A stretch of DNA of 32,337 nt. Origin: a virus. Taxonomy: Duplodnaviria > Caudoviricetes. A program made the translations under genes and the position numbers. The notes under the pieces are model-generated. The model ran no database searches and was not told the origin of the DNA. It was given only the letters and a program-made list of their open reading frames with translations. Below, piece by piece: positions 22,986-31,382 of the stretch. Location: positions 1 to 32,337 of IMG/VR virus record IMGVR_UViG_3300036778_000071; one strand, written 5' to 3'. Numbering within the stretch: position 1 is the stretch's first letter; every line of letters begins with the position of its first letter.

Positions 22986-25540
22986 TGGCGCCGCCCGTAG
23001 ACCCTGGCATGGGGCAGCGGCAGGCCGAACCGCTTGGCCTGCCCGCTGGCTTCAAGGTCGGATCGGCTTTGCCGTTCGGCGGCCTCAATGTGAGCGATGG
23101 CAGGACCGCCCTTCAGGATCAGGAATTCTCCTGGCTGGAAAATTACGTCCGGATCGGCAAAGGGCGCATGCGGGCGGTTCCAGACAAGGGGCCGGCGCTC
23201 GTTGCGGCGCCGCCGGGCCTGACGATCGCCTATTTCTTCTGGTTCAACATCGGGCCGCGTTCGTTGTGCGCCGTGTTCCTCTCGGATGGCACGGCGATGC
23301 AGGTCGATACGAGCGGCGGCACCATCTGGATTTCCAGCACGCCTGGCACCTTCCTGACCGCGGGCAATCCGCCAACCTGCTCCCCGTGGGGCACGCAATA
23401 CCTGCTGATCGCCAACAACATCACGCCGAATGCCTATTGGGTTTGGGACGGCACGTTGTTGTATGCGCCCGGCTCGATCAGCCCTGTCATCATCCTGACC
23501 TCGGGCGGCAGTAACTATTCGTCGCCCCCGACCGTCACCGCGTTCGGCGGGTCCGGCAGCGGCGCGACGTTTACGGCTACCGTCGAGAACGGATCGGTTG
23601 TGTCGGTCGTGCCGAACAGCCCCGGCTCTGGCTATGGCCCGTCCGACGTCGTGCAGCTCCTTTTCACCGGCGGCGGCACCGACAACGGGGCCGAATTGGT
23701 GGCGGTTCTCGCCAACGGCTCGGTCACGTCCCTGACCCTGACAAATGGCGGCAGCGGCTACACATCGCCGCCAGCCGTCACCCTCACCGGCGGCGGTGGC
23801 AGCGGTGCGGCGGCGACGGCGACGTTGGCGCCGGCGGGTGTGAGCGCCCTGACCCTCAACACTGGCGGATCGGGCTACACCTCGGCGCCAAATGTGTTGC
23901 TGGTCGGCGGCGGCGGCACGGGCGCCACGGCCGCCTGCACCGTGACCGCCGGGGCCGTCACGACGGTCTTTCTGACGAATGCGGGCAGCGGCTACACGTC
24001 CCGGCCGACCGTGCTGTTCCAGGGCGGCGGCGGCACCGGGGCATCGGCCACGGCGAACCTTTCGGGGGCGCCGGTCGCGTCTCTGACGCTGACCAATGGC
24101 GGATCGGGCTACACCGGCACGCCAACCGTGGGCTTCACCTCCGGCGGGGGCACCGGCGCCACGGCCGCCGCCGTCATCACGCCGGGCAGCGTGACCGCCG
24201 TCAACGTCATCAACGGCGGCACCGGCTTTACGGGCACGCCGCTCCTGACCTTTGTAGGCGGCGGCGGCTCGGGCGCAGCGGCATCCGCCACGGTGACCGC
24301 CGGCGCGATCAGCTCCGTGGCCGTGACCAATGGCGGATCGGATTATACCTCGGCCCCGGCGGTCGAAGTGCAGCCGGGCGTCAATCGGGCGGCGACGGCG
24401 ACGGTCGAGTTGATGCCGATCGGCGTGTCGGGCAATGCGCTCGAAGTGTTCCAAAGCCGCGTCTGGCTGTTCCACAACTTCCAAGCGGGACCCCTGCCAT
24501 CCGGGGGCAATGCGATTGTTTCGGCGCCGGGCTCACTGACCGACTTCGCGACCTCCGATGGCGGCCTGGCATTCTCCAACACCGACCGATTCCTGCGCGC
24601 GCAATACACCGCGGCGCGGCAAGCGAACGGCTATCTGTATCTGGTGGGCGATAGTTCGGTCGGCGTCGTCTCCAACGTGCAGACCTCGGGAAACCCCCCG
24701 ACAACCAGCTTCAACAACCTCAATACCGATCCTCAAACGGGCAGCAGTTGGCGTGACAGTCTGGCCGACTTTTCTCGCACCATCCTGTTCGGCAATCCAT
24801 TTGGCGCTTGGGGCATCTACGGCGGCGCGGTGACCAAGATCAGCAAGAAGCTGGACCTGCTGTTCGACACTGCGCAGTTCCCGCCGATGAGTCCCAATGC
24901 CCTGACCCCCACGTCCGCGGTGACGCAGCTTTATGGGCAGCGGATTTTCCTGATGCTGATGACGATCCTGGACCCGTTCACGGCAGAGCCGCGCAACGCC
25001 ATGATCGGCTGGGATGAAACCGATTGGTGCGTGCTGTCTCAGAGCGCGAACCTGACGATGGTCGGCACACAGGAAGTGAACTCGGACCCGCAAGCCTGGG
25101 GCACGGATGGCGCGACGCTCTTCCCGCTGTTCACCAATCCGTCCGCCTCGTTGCCGAAGACGCTGCAAACCAAGTTTTACGGCGCAGAAACGGCCTTTCT
25201 GGTGGAAGTCGCTTACGCGATCTACGTCACCGCGCAAATCAAGGCGGCCGGGGTGACACAGCTCGAATTCGAGACGGCGACTATTGATGCCATCGGCACG
25301 TCCCAGCCGATCAATCTGCCCGAATGGATGGAAGCGGAAGTGCCGCAGATCGGCGGCAGCACGTCGATGAATACCCCCGTCAGTTTTGCCATTCCCTCCG
25401 GACAGGTGGGCTCTTTCGGCGTGGGCTGCGATCCGCCGGTGGCCGGCGTGGGCGTCGGCATGACCCTGGTCACCCACAACCCCGATTTTGAGTTGGTCAA
25501 CCTGCAACTCGGCTACATCGACGTAGCCGCCGTGGCGTAA
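22985..25540 (+). CDS. Putative tail nozzle/stabilisation protein carrying an inserted array of eight GSGY repeats
   Basis: 851 aa, follows the adaptor. Propeller-like flanks (WLENY, VFQSRVW, SAPGS..DF) surround repeats at about 23490-24410. Confidence 0.65.
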   Translation: MAPPVDPGMGQRQAEPLGLPAGFKVGSALPFGGLNVSDGRTALQDQEFSWLENYVRIGKGRMRAVPDKGPALVAAPPGLTIAYFFWFNIGPRSLCAVFLSDGTAMQVDTSGGTIWISSTPGTFLTAGNPPTCSPWGTQYLLIANNITPNAYWVWDGTLLYAPGSISPVIILTSGGSNYSSPPTVTAFGGSGSGATFTATVENGSVVSVVPNSPGSGYGPSDVVQLLFTGGGTDNGAELVAVLANGSVTSLTLTNGGSGYTSPPAVTLTGGGGSGAAATATLAPAGVSALTLNTGGSGYTSAPNVLLVGGGGTGATAACTVTAGAVTTVFLTNAGSGYTSRPTVLFQGGGGTGASATANLSGAPVASLTLTNGGSGYTGTPTVGFTSGGGTGATAAAVITPGSVTAVNVINGGTGFTGTPLLTFVGGGGSGAAASATVTAGAISSVAVTNGGSDYTSAPAVEVQPGVNRAATATVELMPIGVSGNALEVFQSRVWLFHNFQAGPLPSGGNAIVSAPGSLTDFATSDGGLAFSNTDRFLRAQYTAARQANGYLYLVGDSSVGVVSNVQTSGNPPTTSFNNLNTDPQTGSSWRDSLADFSRTILFGNPFGAWGIYGGAVTKISKKLDLLFDTAQFPPMSPNALTPTSAVTQLYGQRIFLMLMTILDPFTAEPRNAMIGWDETDWCVLSQSANLTMVGTQEVNSDPQAWGTDGATLFPLFTNPSASLPKTLQTKFYGAETAFLVEVAYAIYVTAQIKAAGVTQLEFETATIDAIGTSQPINLPEWMEAEVPQIGGSTSMNTPVSFAIPSGQVGSFGVGCDPPVAGVGVGMTLVTHNPDFELVNLQLGYIDVAAVA

Positions 25541-25552
25541 GGAGAACTCCCC

Positions 25553-25810
25553 ATGGCCCCCCGTAAATTGTTTGGCAGTTTGAACCTCGAAGGCAACATC
25601 GGCCGAGGCGAAAACCCCAATGGCATGGTGACGCAGACCGCAAACGGCACGTTCATCAACGGCACCGGCGCGGACGGGCAGAGCGATTACGGCGCGGGCG
25701 TTTGGCCGCCGGGGGCCGATGGGCGGTGGAACAAGATCGCCGGGGAGCCGGACGGGCGGATGCCGGAACTGGGTGTCAAACGGCCCCAAACGTCGAGGCT
25801 GCGTCGATGA
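25553..25810 (+). CDS. Hypothetical protein (85 aa)
   Basis: AAGGAG RBS. Its 3' end overlaps the CRISPR-repeat-like element. Confidence 0.6.
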   Translation: MAPRKLFGSLNLEGNIGRGENPNGMVTQTANGTFINGTGADGQSDYGAGVWPPGADGRWNKIAGEPDGRMPELGVKRPQTSRLRR

Positions 25811-25834
25811 ACGCTTCAATGAGGCCGCCCGTCC
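25750..25834 (-). CRISPR. Split type I-G (I-U) CRISPR-repeat-like unit: half repeat, 48 nt, half repeat (not an array)
   Basis: Minus strand GGACGGGCGGCCTCATTGAAGC-[48 nt]-GGCATCCGCCCGTCC. CGGCCTCATTGAAGC matches the type I-G repeat 3' end as I recall it. Confidence 0.4.
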
Positions 25835-25886
25835 AACGCGACCATTCCGTTTCTTCTGCGGAAAGTCAAGCGACGGAGGCGGGCCG

Positions 25887-26219
25887 ATGATCCAAAACAT
25901 GCTGAACGCGCCCCGCACGCCCGACGACTGGCAGATTTTCAGCCTGTCGCATGCGCGCTCGCACCAGGAAATCCGGCAAGCGATCCAGGCACAGTTTGGC
26001 GTGGCGTTGGGCGATTACGTCCTGGACCCGATCAACTTCGAAGCCGTCAACGAATGGCTGGAACGGGTGCAGCAGACCCATACCGAGATGAACGGGGTGC
26101 TTGGCCTGCAAAGCAACGATCTGGAATGGGCCGATCTGAAGGATGAGCGCCAGCTCAGCGCTTGGATTTACCTGAACTGGCAAGAGGACAACGCCGCGCG
26201 AGTGAGGTTGGGAATATGA
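25887..26219 (+). CDS. Hypothetical tail-module protein (110 aa, His/Trp conserved-looking)
   Basis: GGAGG RBS, ATG at 25887. Confidence 0.75.
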   Translation: MIQNMLNAPRTPDDWQIFSLSHARSHQEIRQAIQAQFGVALGDYVLDPINFEAVNEWLERVQQTHTEMNGVLGLQSNDLEWADLKDERQLSAWIYLNWQEDNAARVRLGI

Positions 26220-26602
26220 GCGATACAATGAGCCGCGCCATGACGGGCGGGCCGGGCGGCGGCCAGCCGCAGCCGGAGCAGCCACAGCCGGGGCAGGGCG
26301 GCCAGCCGCCCGGCGGGGCGGGTCTGACCGGGCCGCAGGCGGGCGCGCATTTCCAGCAATACCTGATGCAGACGTATCAGCAGGTGCAGAACGTCCTTCA
26401 AACCATTCGCGGGGTGCCCGGCGTCGATCAGCAGAAAGTCCAGCAGGGGGCGCAGATGATGGGCCAGGGCTGGATGCTCGTTGCGGACGCGATCAAGCAG
26501 GCCAAGGTCGGCCAGGGCGGCGGCGCACCGGGCGGCGAGGCGCCGGGAGGGGCACCGGGCGGCGGGCCGGGAATGCCGCCGGGAGGGGCGCCGCCGGGAT
26601 GA
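26216..26602 (+). CDS. Gly/Pro/Gln-rich hypothetical protein
   Basis: ATGA overlaps at both ends. Confidence 0.65.
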   Translation: MSDTMSRAMTGGPGGGQPQPEQPQPGQGGQPPGGAGLTGPQAGAHFQQYLMQTYQQVQNVLQTIRGVPGVDQQKVQQGAQMMGQGWMLVADAIKQAKVGQGGGAPGGEAPGGAPGGGPGMPPGGAPPG

Positions 26603-27681
26603 GCCTGCCCTTTCTGGTCCTGGGCTTGCCGAGATCGCGAACCGTGTGGTTGTCGCGGTTTTTGTCGTTTCGGCCGTATGCCTGCTACCACGACCAGGCG
26701 CCCTACATCCGCGGCGTCGAGGACGTCCGCGCCTGGCTGTCGCAGCCCTATACCGGGACCGCGGAGACGGCCGCGGCGCCGTTCTGGCGGCTGGCGCGGT
26801 TTTTCCGCCCCGACCTGCGCATGGCCGTCGTGCGCCGGGACCCGGCCGACGTCATCGAAAGCCTGATGCGCTTCGGCTGTTTCGAGCGCGAGCGGCTGAC
26901 GCGCGTCATCGCCCGCTATGACCGCGCGCTTGATCGGGCGGAAACGGCCAGGGATTGTCTGTCCGTCCGCTTTGAGGACCTGACCCGCCGGGAGCCGTGC
27001 GAGCGGCTGTTTGAGCATTGCTTGGGCTTCCCAGCGCCCGATGGCTGGTGGGACCGGATCGCCCCGCAAAACCTCCAACGCGACCTCCAAGCGCAAATCA
27101 TTTACGCCCGTGCCCATGCCCGGCAGATGGACGCCGCTGCCAGGGAGTGTGCGCGAACGGTGCGGCATTATTGCCTGCCGACGCAGGCGAGCGTGCCGCC
27201 GGACGCCGATGGCGTGGTCATTCAGCAAGAGCGGTTCGCCGACTTCTTCCGGGACGCCAAGCCTTTGATGTCGGAACACTGCATCGCCGTGGGCGAGCCC
27301 GCGGACGAATACGAGCGGAAAAACCTGGAACTGTTTGAACGGCTCGATCGCGGCGGGAAACTGCTGATTATGACCGCCCGGCTCAATGGCCGGATGCTCG
27401 GCTACCTCGTCACCGCAATCGGCCCCTCGTTCGAACATGACGACGGCCGGCAGATGGCGACGCAACTCCCATTCCACGTCAGCCCGGACGCGGGCGGGCT
27501 TGGCCTGGGCATGCGGTTGCAGCGGGCGACGATCGCGCGGGCCAAGGAAAAGGGCGTGCGGCGGATGTATTGCCGCGCCGGTATCCGCGGCAACGGCGCC
27601 CGCATGGGGGTGGTGTATCGGCGCCTGGGCGGCAAGGAGTTCGGCCAACTTTACGAAATCGATTTGACGGAGGCGGCATAA
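26599..27681 (+). CDS. Sulfotransferase-like (P-loop) domain fused to a GNAT acetyltransferase
   Basis: N-terminal FLVLGLPRSRT.WL, VVRRDP.DVIES and VRFEDL. C-terminal GRMLGY, VSPDAGGLGLGMRL, AKEKGV and YRRLG. Confidence 0.75.
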   Translation: MSLPFLVLGLPRSRTVWLSRFLSFRPYACYHDQAPYIRGVEDVRAWLSQPYTGTAETAAAPFWRLARFFRPDLRMAVVRRDPADVIESLMRFGCFERERLTRVIARYDRALDRAETARDCLSVRFEDLTRREPCERLFEHCLGFPAPDGWWDRIAPQNLQRDLQAQIIYARAHARQMDAAARECARTVRHYCLPTQASVPPDADGVVIQQERFADFFRDAKPLMSEHCIAVGEPADEYERKNLELFERLDRGGKLLIMTARLNGRMLGYLVTAIGPSFEHDDGRQMATQLPFHVSPDAGGLGLGMRLQRATIARAKEKGVRRMYCRAGIRGNGARMGVVYRRLGGKEFGQLYEIDLTEAA

Positions 27682-29333
27682 TGGGGATCGCAGCAGCAGC
27701 CGTTAGCATCGGCGCGGCGATTGCCGAGGCGGCGACGGCGGTCGGGGTCGCGGTCAGCGCAGGATTTGCCGCTCTCGGCACAGGCATCGCCAGCGGGTTG
27801 GGCATCGCCGGCGCGGCGGGCGCGATCGGCACGGGGCTTGAGGGCGCGGCGATCGGGGCAGGGATCGGCGGCATTTCGTCCGCCATCTCGGGCCAGCCGA
27901 TCTTGCGCGGCATCGGCGAGGGGGGCTTGGTCGGCGGCCTCACCGGCGGCTTTGGCAGCGCGCTTGGCGGCGCGATCGGCAGTGGGACGGTCGGCGGGGC
28001 TCTTGCGGGTGCGGGGGCCGGTGCTGTGGGAGCCGGCGTCTTTGGCGGCAATCCCCTCACGGGCGCTTTGGAAGGGGGCGTCAGCGGCGGCGCCGCCGGG
28101 GCAGCGGGCGCCTTCGATTCAGGCGCGGGCACGGGCTCTGCCACGCTCGGAACACCGGCCGGCGACGTGACCAATGCCGCCGGGGTAGGGAGCCTGGAAA
28201 CGGGCTCGGGCTCGCTTGCCTCCGGTGCGGCGGCCAATGGCAATGTCTCGCTCGGAGCGACGCCAGAGCCGGGCACCGCCCCGGCGGTGTCAGCGGGCGG
28301 GTCCGCCGGGACATCGGTCGGCGCACCTTTGCCGGGAGCCGTGGCGACAGCGGCGCCGGCAGCGGTCGCGCCGGATGCCGCCGCAACGGGCGGCATTGGG
28401 GATGTGACCAACATCGGATGGACAGACACGGTTTCCAACGGCCTCCCGGCTTCCGGCACGGGCGCGGCAGACGCGGGGACAGGCGCGGGGACAGCCGGCG
28501 CTCCAAACGGCGCTGCAACCGGCGGAACGGGCGGGGGAACCGCGGACACCGGGACAGGCGGTTCGAACGGTTGGACGACGCAAGCGGCACAGGCCGCCAC
28601 CAGCAACCAAATTCCCCTGCCGCCGGTGCCGCCGCAGTTGGACTCGGCGGGCAATCCCATGGTCGATGCGGGGGGCAATCCCGTCTATGCCACGCAGGGG
28701 GATGCCCTGGCGGCGGGCACGCAGATTGCGAACCCGAACGGCATCGCGCCGGCGGCACCCGCTGCCGGGAAAACCGATTGGTCGAATTTCTCCAACGACC
28801 CACTCGGAACGGTCGGCTCGGCGCTGACCAACAATGCGGGCATTGCGCTGCAAGCCGGCGGCATGGGGCTGAATCTGATACGTCAGGAGAATAGCGGCCT
28901 GCCAACCGCCAGCAGCCTGACATCGACGCTACAGGGCCAGGCGGGGAACCTGAATACCCAGGGCCAGCAATTGCAAAGTTATTTGCAGTCCGGGACCCTG
29001 CCCGCCGGGGTGCAGCAAAACATTAACCAAGCGTCCGCAGCGGCCAAGGCGACGATCCGCAGCCAATACGCCTCGCGCGGCATGTCGGGGTCCACGGCTG
29101 AGTCGCAGGACTTGGCGGGCGTTGATGAGCGCGCCCAAGCCCAAGGCTCGCAGATCGCGATGCAATTGCTTTCGCAGGGCGTCAACGAAGTCAATTTGGC
29201 GGATGGGATTTACGGCCAATTGCTGAACCAGTCGGTCGCGTCGGACAACGCGCTCTCCAGCTCGATCAGCAATTTCGCGTCGTCTCTGGTCCCACGGTCT
29301 ACAGCCCCGATCACGATCAACACGACGGGATAA
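27681..29333 (+). CDS. Putative ejection/internal virion protein with a Gly/Ala-rich hydrophobic N-terminus
   Basis: TAATG overlap, start at 27681. GxxxG arrays; Q/N/S-rich helical C-terminus with A.RGMSGST. Confidence 0.7.
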   Translation: MGIAAAAVSIGAAIAEAATAVGVAVSAGFAALGTGIASGLGIAGAAGAIGTGLEGAAIGAGIGGISSAISGQPILRGIGEGGLVGGLTGGFGSALGGAIGSGTVGGALAGAGAGAVGAGVFGGNPLTGALEGGVSGGAAGAAGAFDSGAGTGSATLGTPAGDVTNAAGVGSLETGSGSLASGAAANGNVSLGATPEPGTAPAVSAGGSAGTSVGAPLPGAVATAAPAAVAPDAAATGGIGDVTNIGWTDTVSNGLPASGTGAADAGTGAGTAGAPNGAATGGTGGGTADTGTGGSNGWTTQAAQAATSNQIPLPPVPPQLDSAGNPMVDAGGNPVYATQGDALAAGTQIANPNGIAPAAPAAGKTDWSNFSNDPLGTVGSALTNNAGIALQAGGMGLNLIRQENSGLPTASSLTSTLQGQAGNLNTQGQQLQSYLQSGTLPAGVQQNINQASAAAKATIRSQYASRGMSGSTAESQDLAGVDERAQAQGSQIAMQLLSQGVNEVNLADGIYGQLLNQSVASDNALSSSISNFASSLVPRSTAPITINTTG

Positions 29334-29339
29334 CCCCCC

Positions 29340-31379
29340 ATGCCGCAGGATTACGGCACCTTCGGAAACGCGGTCGCGGCCAGTCCCAGCAGCGACAGCA
29401 GCAGCGACACGACGACGGTCGTCGCCGACACCGATACCGTTCAGCGGGCCGTCGCCGCCAACAAGATCGCGCGCCAGGACAATCAGCAGCGCATGCGCGA
29501 GCTTGATGAGCGCTCCGATGCGCTGCGGCCCCCGACATTGGAAACGCCGCCGCAGGCGCCGCAGGCGCAGCAGACCCCGCCCGAACAGCGCTGGGGCTCT
29601 TTCGCGATGATCCTGGCTGCATTCGGGGGCGCGCTCACACGCGCGCCCCTAACCACGTCGCTGAACGCCATGGCCGCCGTGAATAACGCCTACAACACCG
29701 GCGACCAGCAAGCGACGCAGCAGGCGATGGAGCAATGGAAGGTCGCGAACGCCAACGCGGACAAGATGAATCAATTCACCATGCAGGCGTACAGCGACAG
29801 CCTCCGGAAGCTGCAAACCGATCGTTCCGCCGCGATAGCCGAAGGGCGCTACACGTCCGCCGCGCTCAAGGACGACATTGTTCAAGCCCTGTTCGACGCC
29901 GGGCATCCCGACCAGGCGTTTGCGATCATCGCCGGGCGGGCTGCGGCGACACGTCAAATGTCGGAAGCCGCGAAGGCGGTCCAAGCCCGCATCCAGTATC
30001 ATCATGCGACGCATCCCAATGAGAGCCCGGAGGATCAGCAGCGGGCTGACCTGCAAATCCAGGCGGGCGGGGACCCGGACCAACTGCTGTCGAAGGACCG
30101 GGACAAGGAAGGCCAGCCGCAAATGCTCACGGTTGGCAACCAGACCCTTCCGGCCGTGTGGAATCAGACACAAGGGGCCTGGTTCACGGCGGACGGCACG
30201 CATCAGCGCATCGAGGGGGAGGCGGGTAACTTCCGTCTGGCGCCCCGGAGCGGCCCATCCGCAGCAAGCAAGAAGGACGCACGGTTGCAGCGCCAGGCCG
30301 AAGCGGATTTCCGGGCGCAGTTCCACCGAGATCCCGATCCCAACAATCCCGACGACGTGGATGCGGTCGATCGGGCTTATCAGAAGGAACAGGGGGACGC
30401 GCGCTTGGCCGGCACCCGCGAAACCGGGGCGCAGCGCGAGGCGGAAAACGACCGCGCACAGGCCAAGGCCGCGGTTGAAACGACCCTCGGCCGCCCGGTG
30501 GACCCCAACAGCGCCGATGACCGGGTGCAGCTCGCGCAGGCGGAACAACAGCAGAAGGCCAAGCGCATCACGCAGGAGGCGACGGCGCGTGCGACAGCAG
30601 CTCAGACAGTGCGCGAGACGTCCCAGGCGCTTGATCCCGACACGGTGCGGGTCTTGGCTCAACAATTGCGGCTCACGGGCAAAATGCCGGCACTCGGCCT
30701 CGGCGGCAACGAGGCGCGGAAGCAGATTTTGACCGAATGGGCGCGTCAGGTGCGGGCCGACAACGGTTCGCTCGCAGAGGACCTCGCCCGGCAGGCGGAC
30801 ATCGGCGCACTGCACAAAACGATGGATAAGCTGAAGGTCAGTGAAGGAAACGTCGCCAACTTCGAAAACACCGCCGCCAAGGAAGCCGATATTGCCTTGG
30901 AAAAGTTGCAGAAGGGCTCGGGCGGGGCGACCCCCTTCGTCAACCGTTGGCTTCAGGCGGGCCGCAAATCGATTGAGGGCGATGCGGATGTGGCGTCGTT
31001 CAATGCCGCCATTACCTCGTTCAAGAACGAGTATGCCCGCATCATGTCGAATTCGAACGCGACCGGGGGACAGACCTCGGACGCCGCGCGCAACGAAGCG
31101 GACTCGTTAATCAACGCCGCGATGTCGCCGGATCAGATTCGCGACGTGATTACGACGATGAAGCGCGGGATGACGAACCGCGTGAACTCGATCCGCGACG
31201 AATACGACGCGGCCCGCGGGCGCATTGTCGAACTCGGCGGACAGGTCACCGGCGGCACGGCGGCCCCTGCCGATGTCCCGCGCATTACCAACGATGATGC
31301 CGGGCAAAAGCTCTATGACGGCCTTGCACCGGGAACCGTCTTCCTCGGCCCGGACGGAATCAAACATCGGAAGGGCTAG
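29340..31379 (+). CDS. Putative internal virion (ejection) protein
   Basis: 679 aa, Ala/Gln-rich helical protein with no Cys, located between ejection-type genes. Confidence 0.7.
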   Translation: MPQDYGTFGNAVAASPSSDSSSDTTTVVADTDTVQRAVAANKIARQDNQQRMRELDERSDALRPPTLETPPQAPQAQQTPPEQRWGSFAMILAAFGGALTRAPLTTSLNAMAAVNNAYNTGDQQATQQAMEQWKVANANADKMNQFTMQAYSDSLRKLQTDRSAAIAEGRYTSAALKDDIVQALFDAGHPDQAFAIIAGRAAATRQMSEAAKAVQARIQYHHATHPNESPEDQQRADLQIQAGGDPDQLLSKDRDKEGQPQMLTVGNQTLPAVWNQTQGAWFTADGTHQRIEGEAGNFRLAPRSGPSAASKKDARLQRQAEADFRAQFHRDPDPNNPDDVDAVDRAYQKEQGDARLAGTRETGAQREAENDRAQAKAAVETTLGRPVDPNSADDRVQLAQAEQQQKAKRITQEATARATAAQTVRETSQALDPDTVRVLAQQLRLTGKMPALGLGGNEARKQILTEWARQVRADNGSLAEDLARQADIGALHKTMDKLKVSEGNVANFENTAAKEADIALEKLQKGSGGATPFVNRWLQAGRKSIEGDADVASFNAAITSFKNEYARIMSNSNATGGQTSDAARNEADSLINAAMSPDQIRDVITTMKRGMTNRVNSIRDEYDAARGRIVELGGQVTGGTAAPADVPRITNDDAGQKLYDGLAPGTVFLGPDGIKHRKG

Positions 31380-31382
31380 GCC

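Noticed and set aside
25765-25812. Self-targeting by the putative spacer (11-nt match near 4274, 9-nt match near 3771)
   Set aside because: The matches are too short to distinguish from chance.
25807-25890. 27-aa ORF overlapping both neighbours by ATGA
   Set aside because: No protein features. It may only couple translation, and the sequence is better explained by the nucleotide element.
22961-30815. Long minus-strand ORFs (507, 461, 406, 399 and 388 aa)
   Set aside because: Antisense shadows of GC-rich structural genes, with no motifs or RBS.
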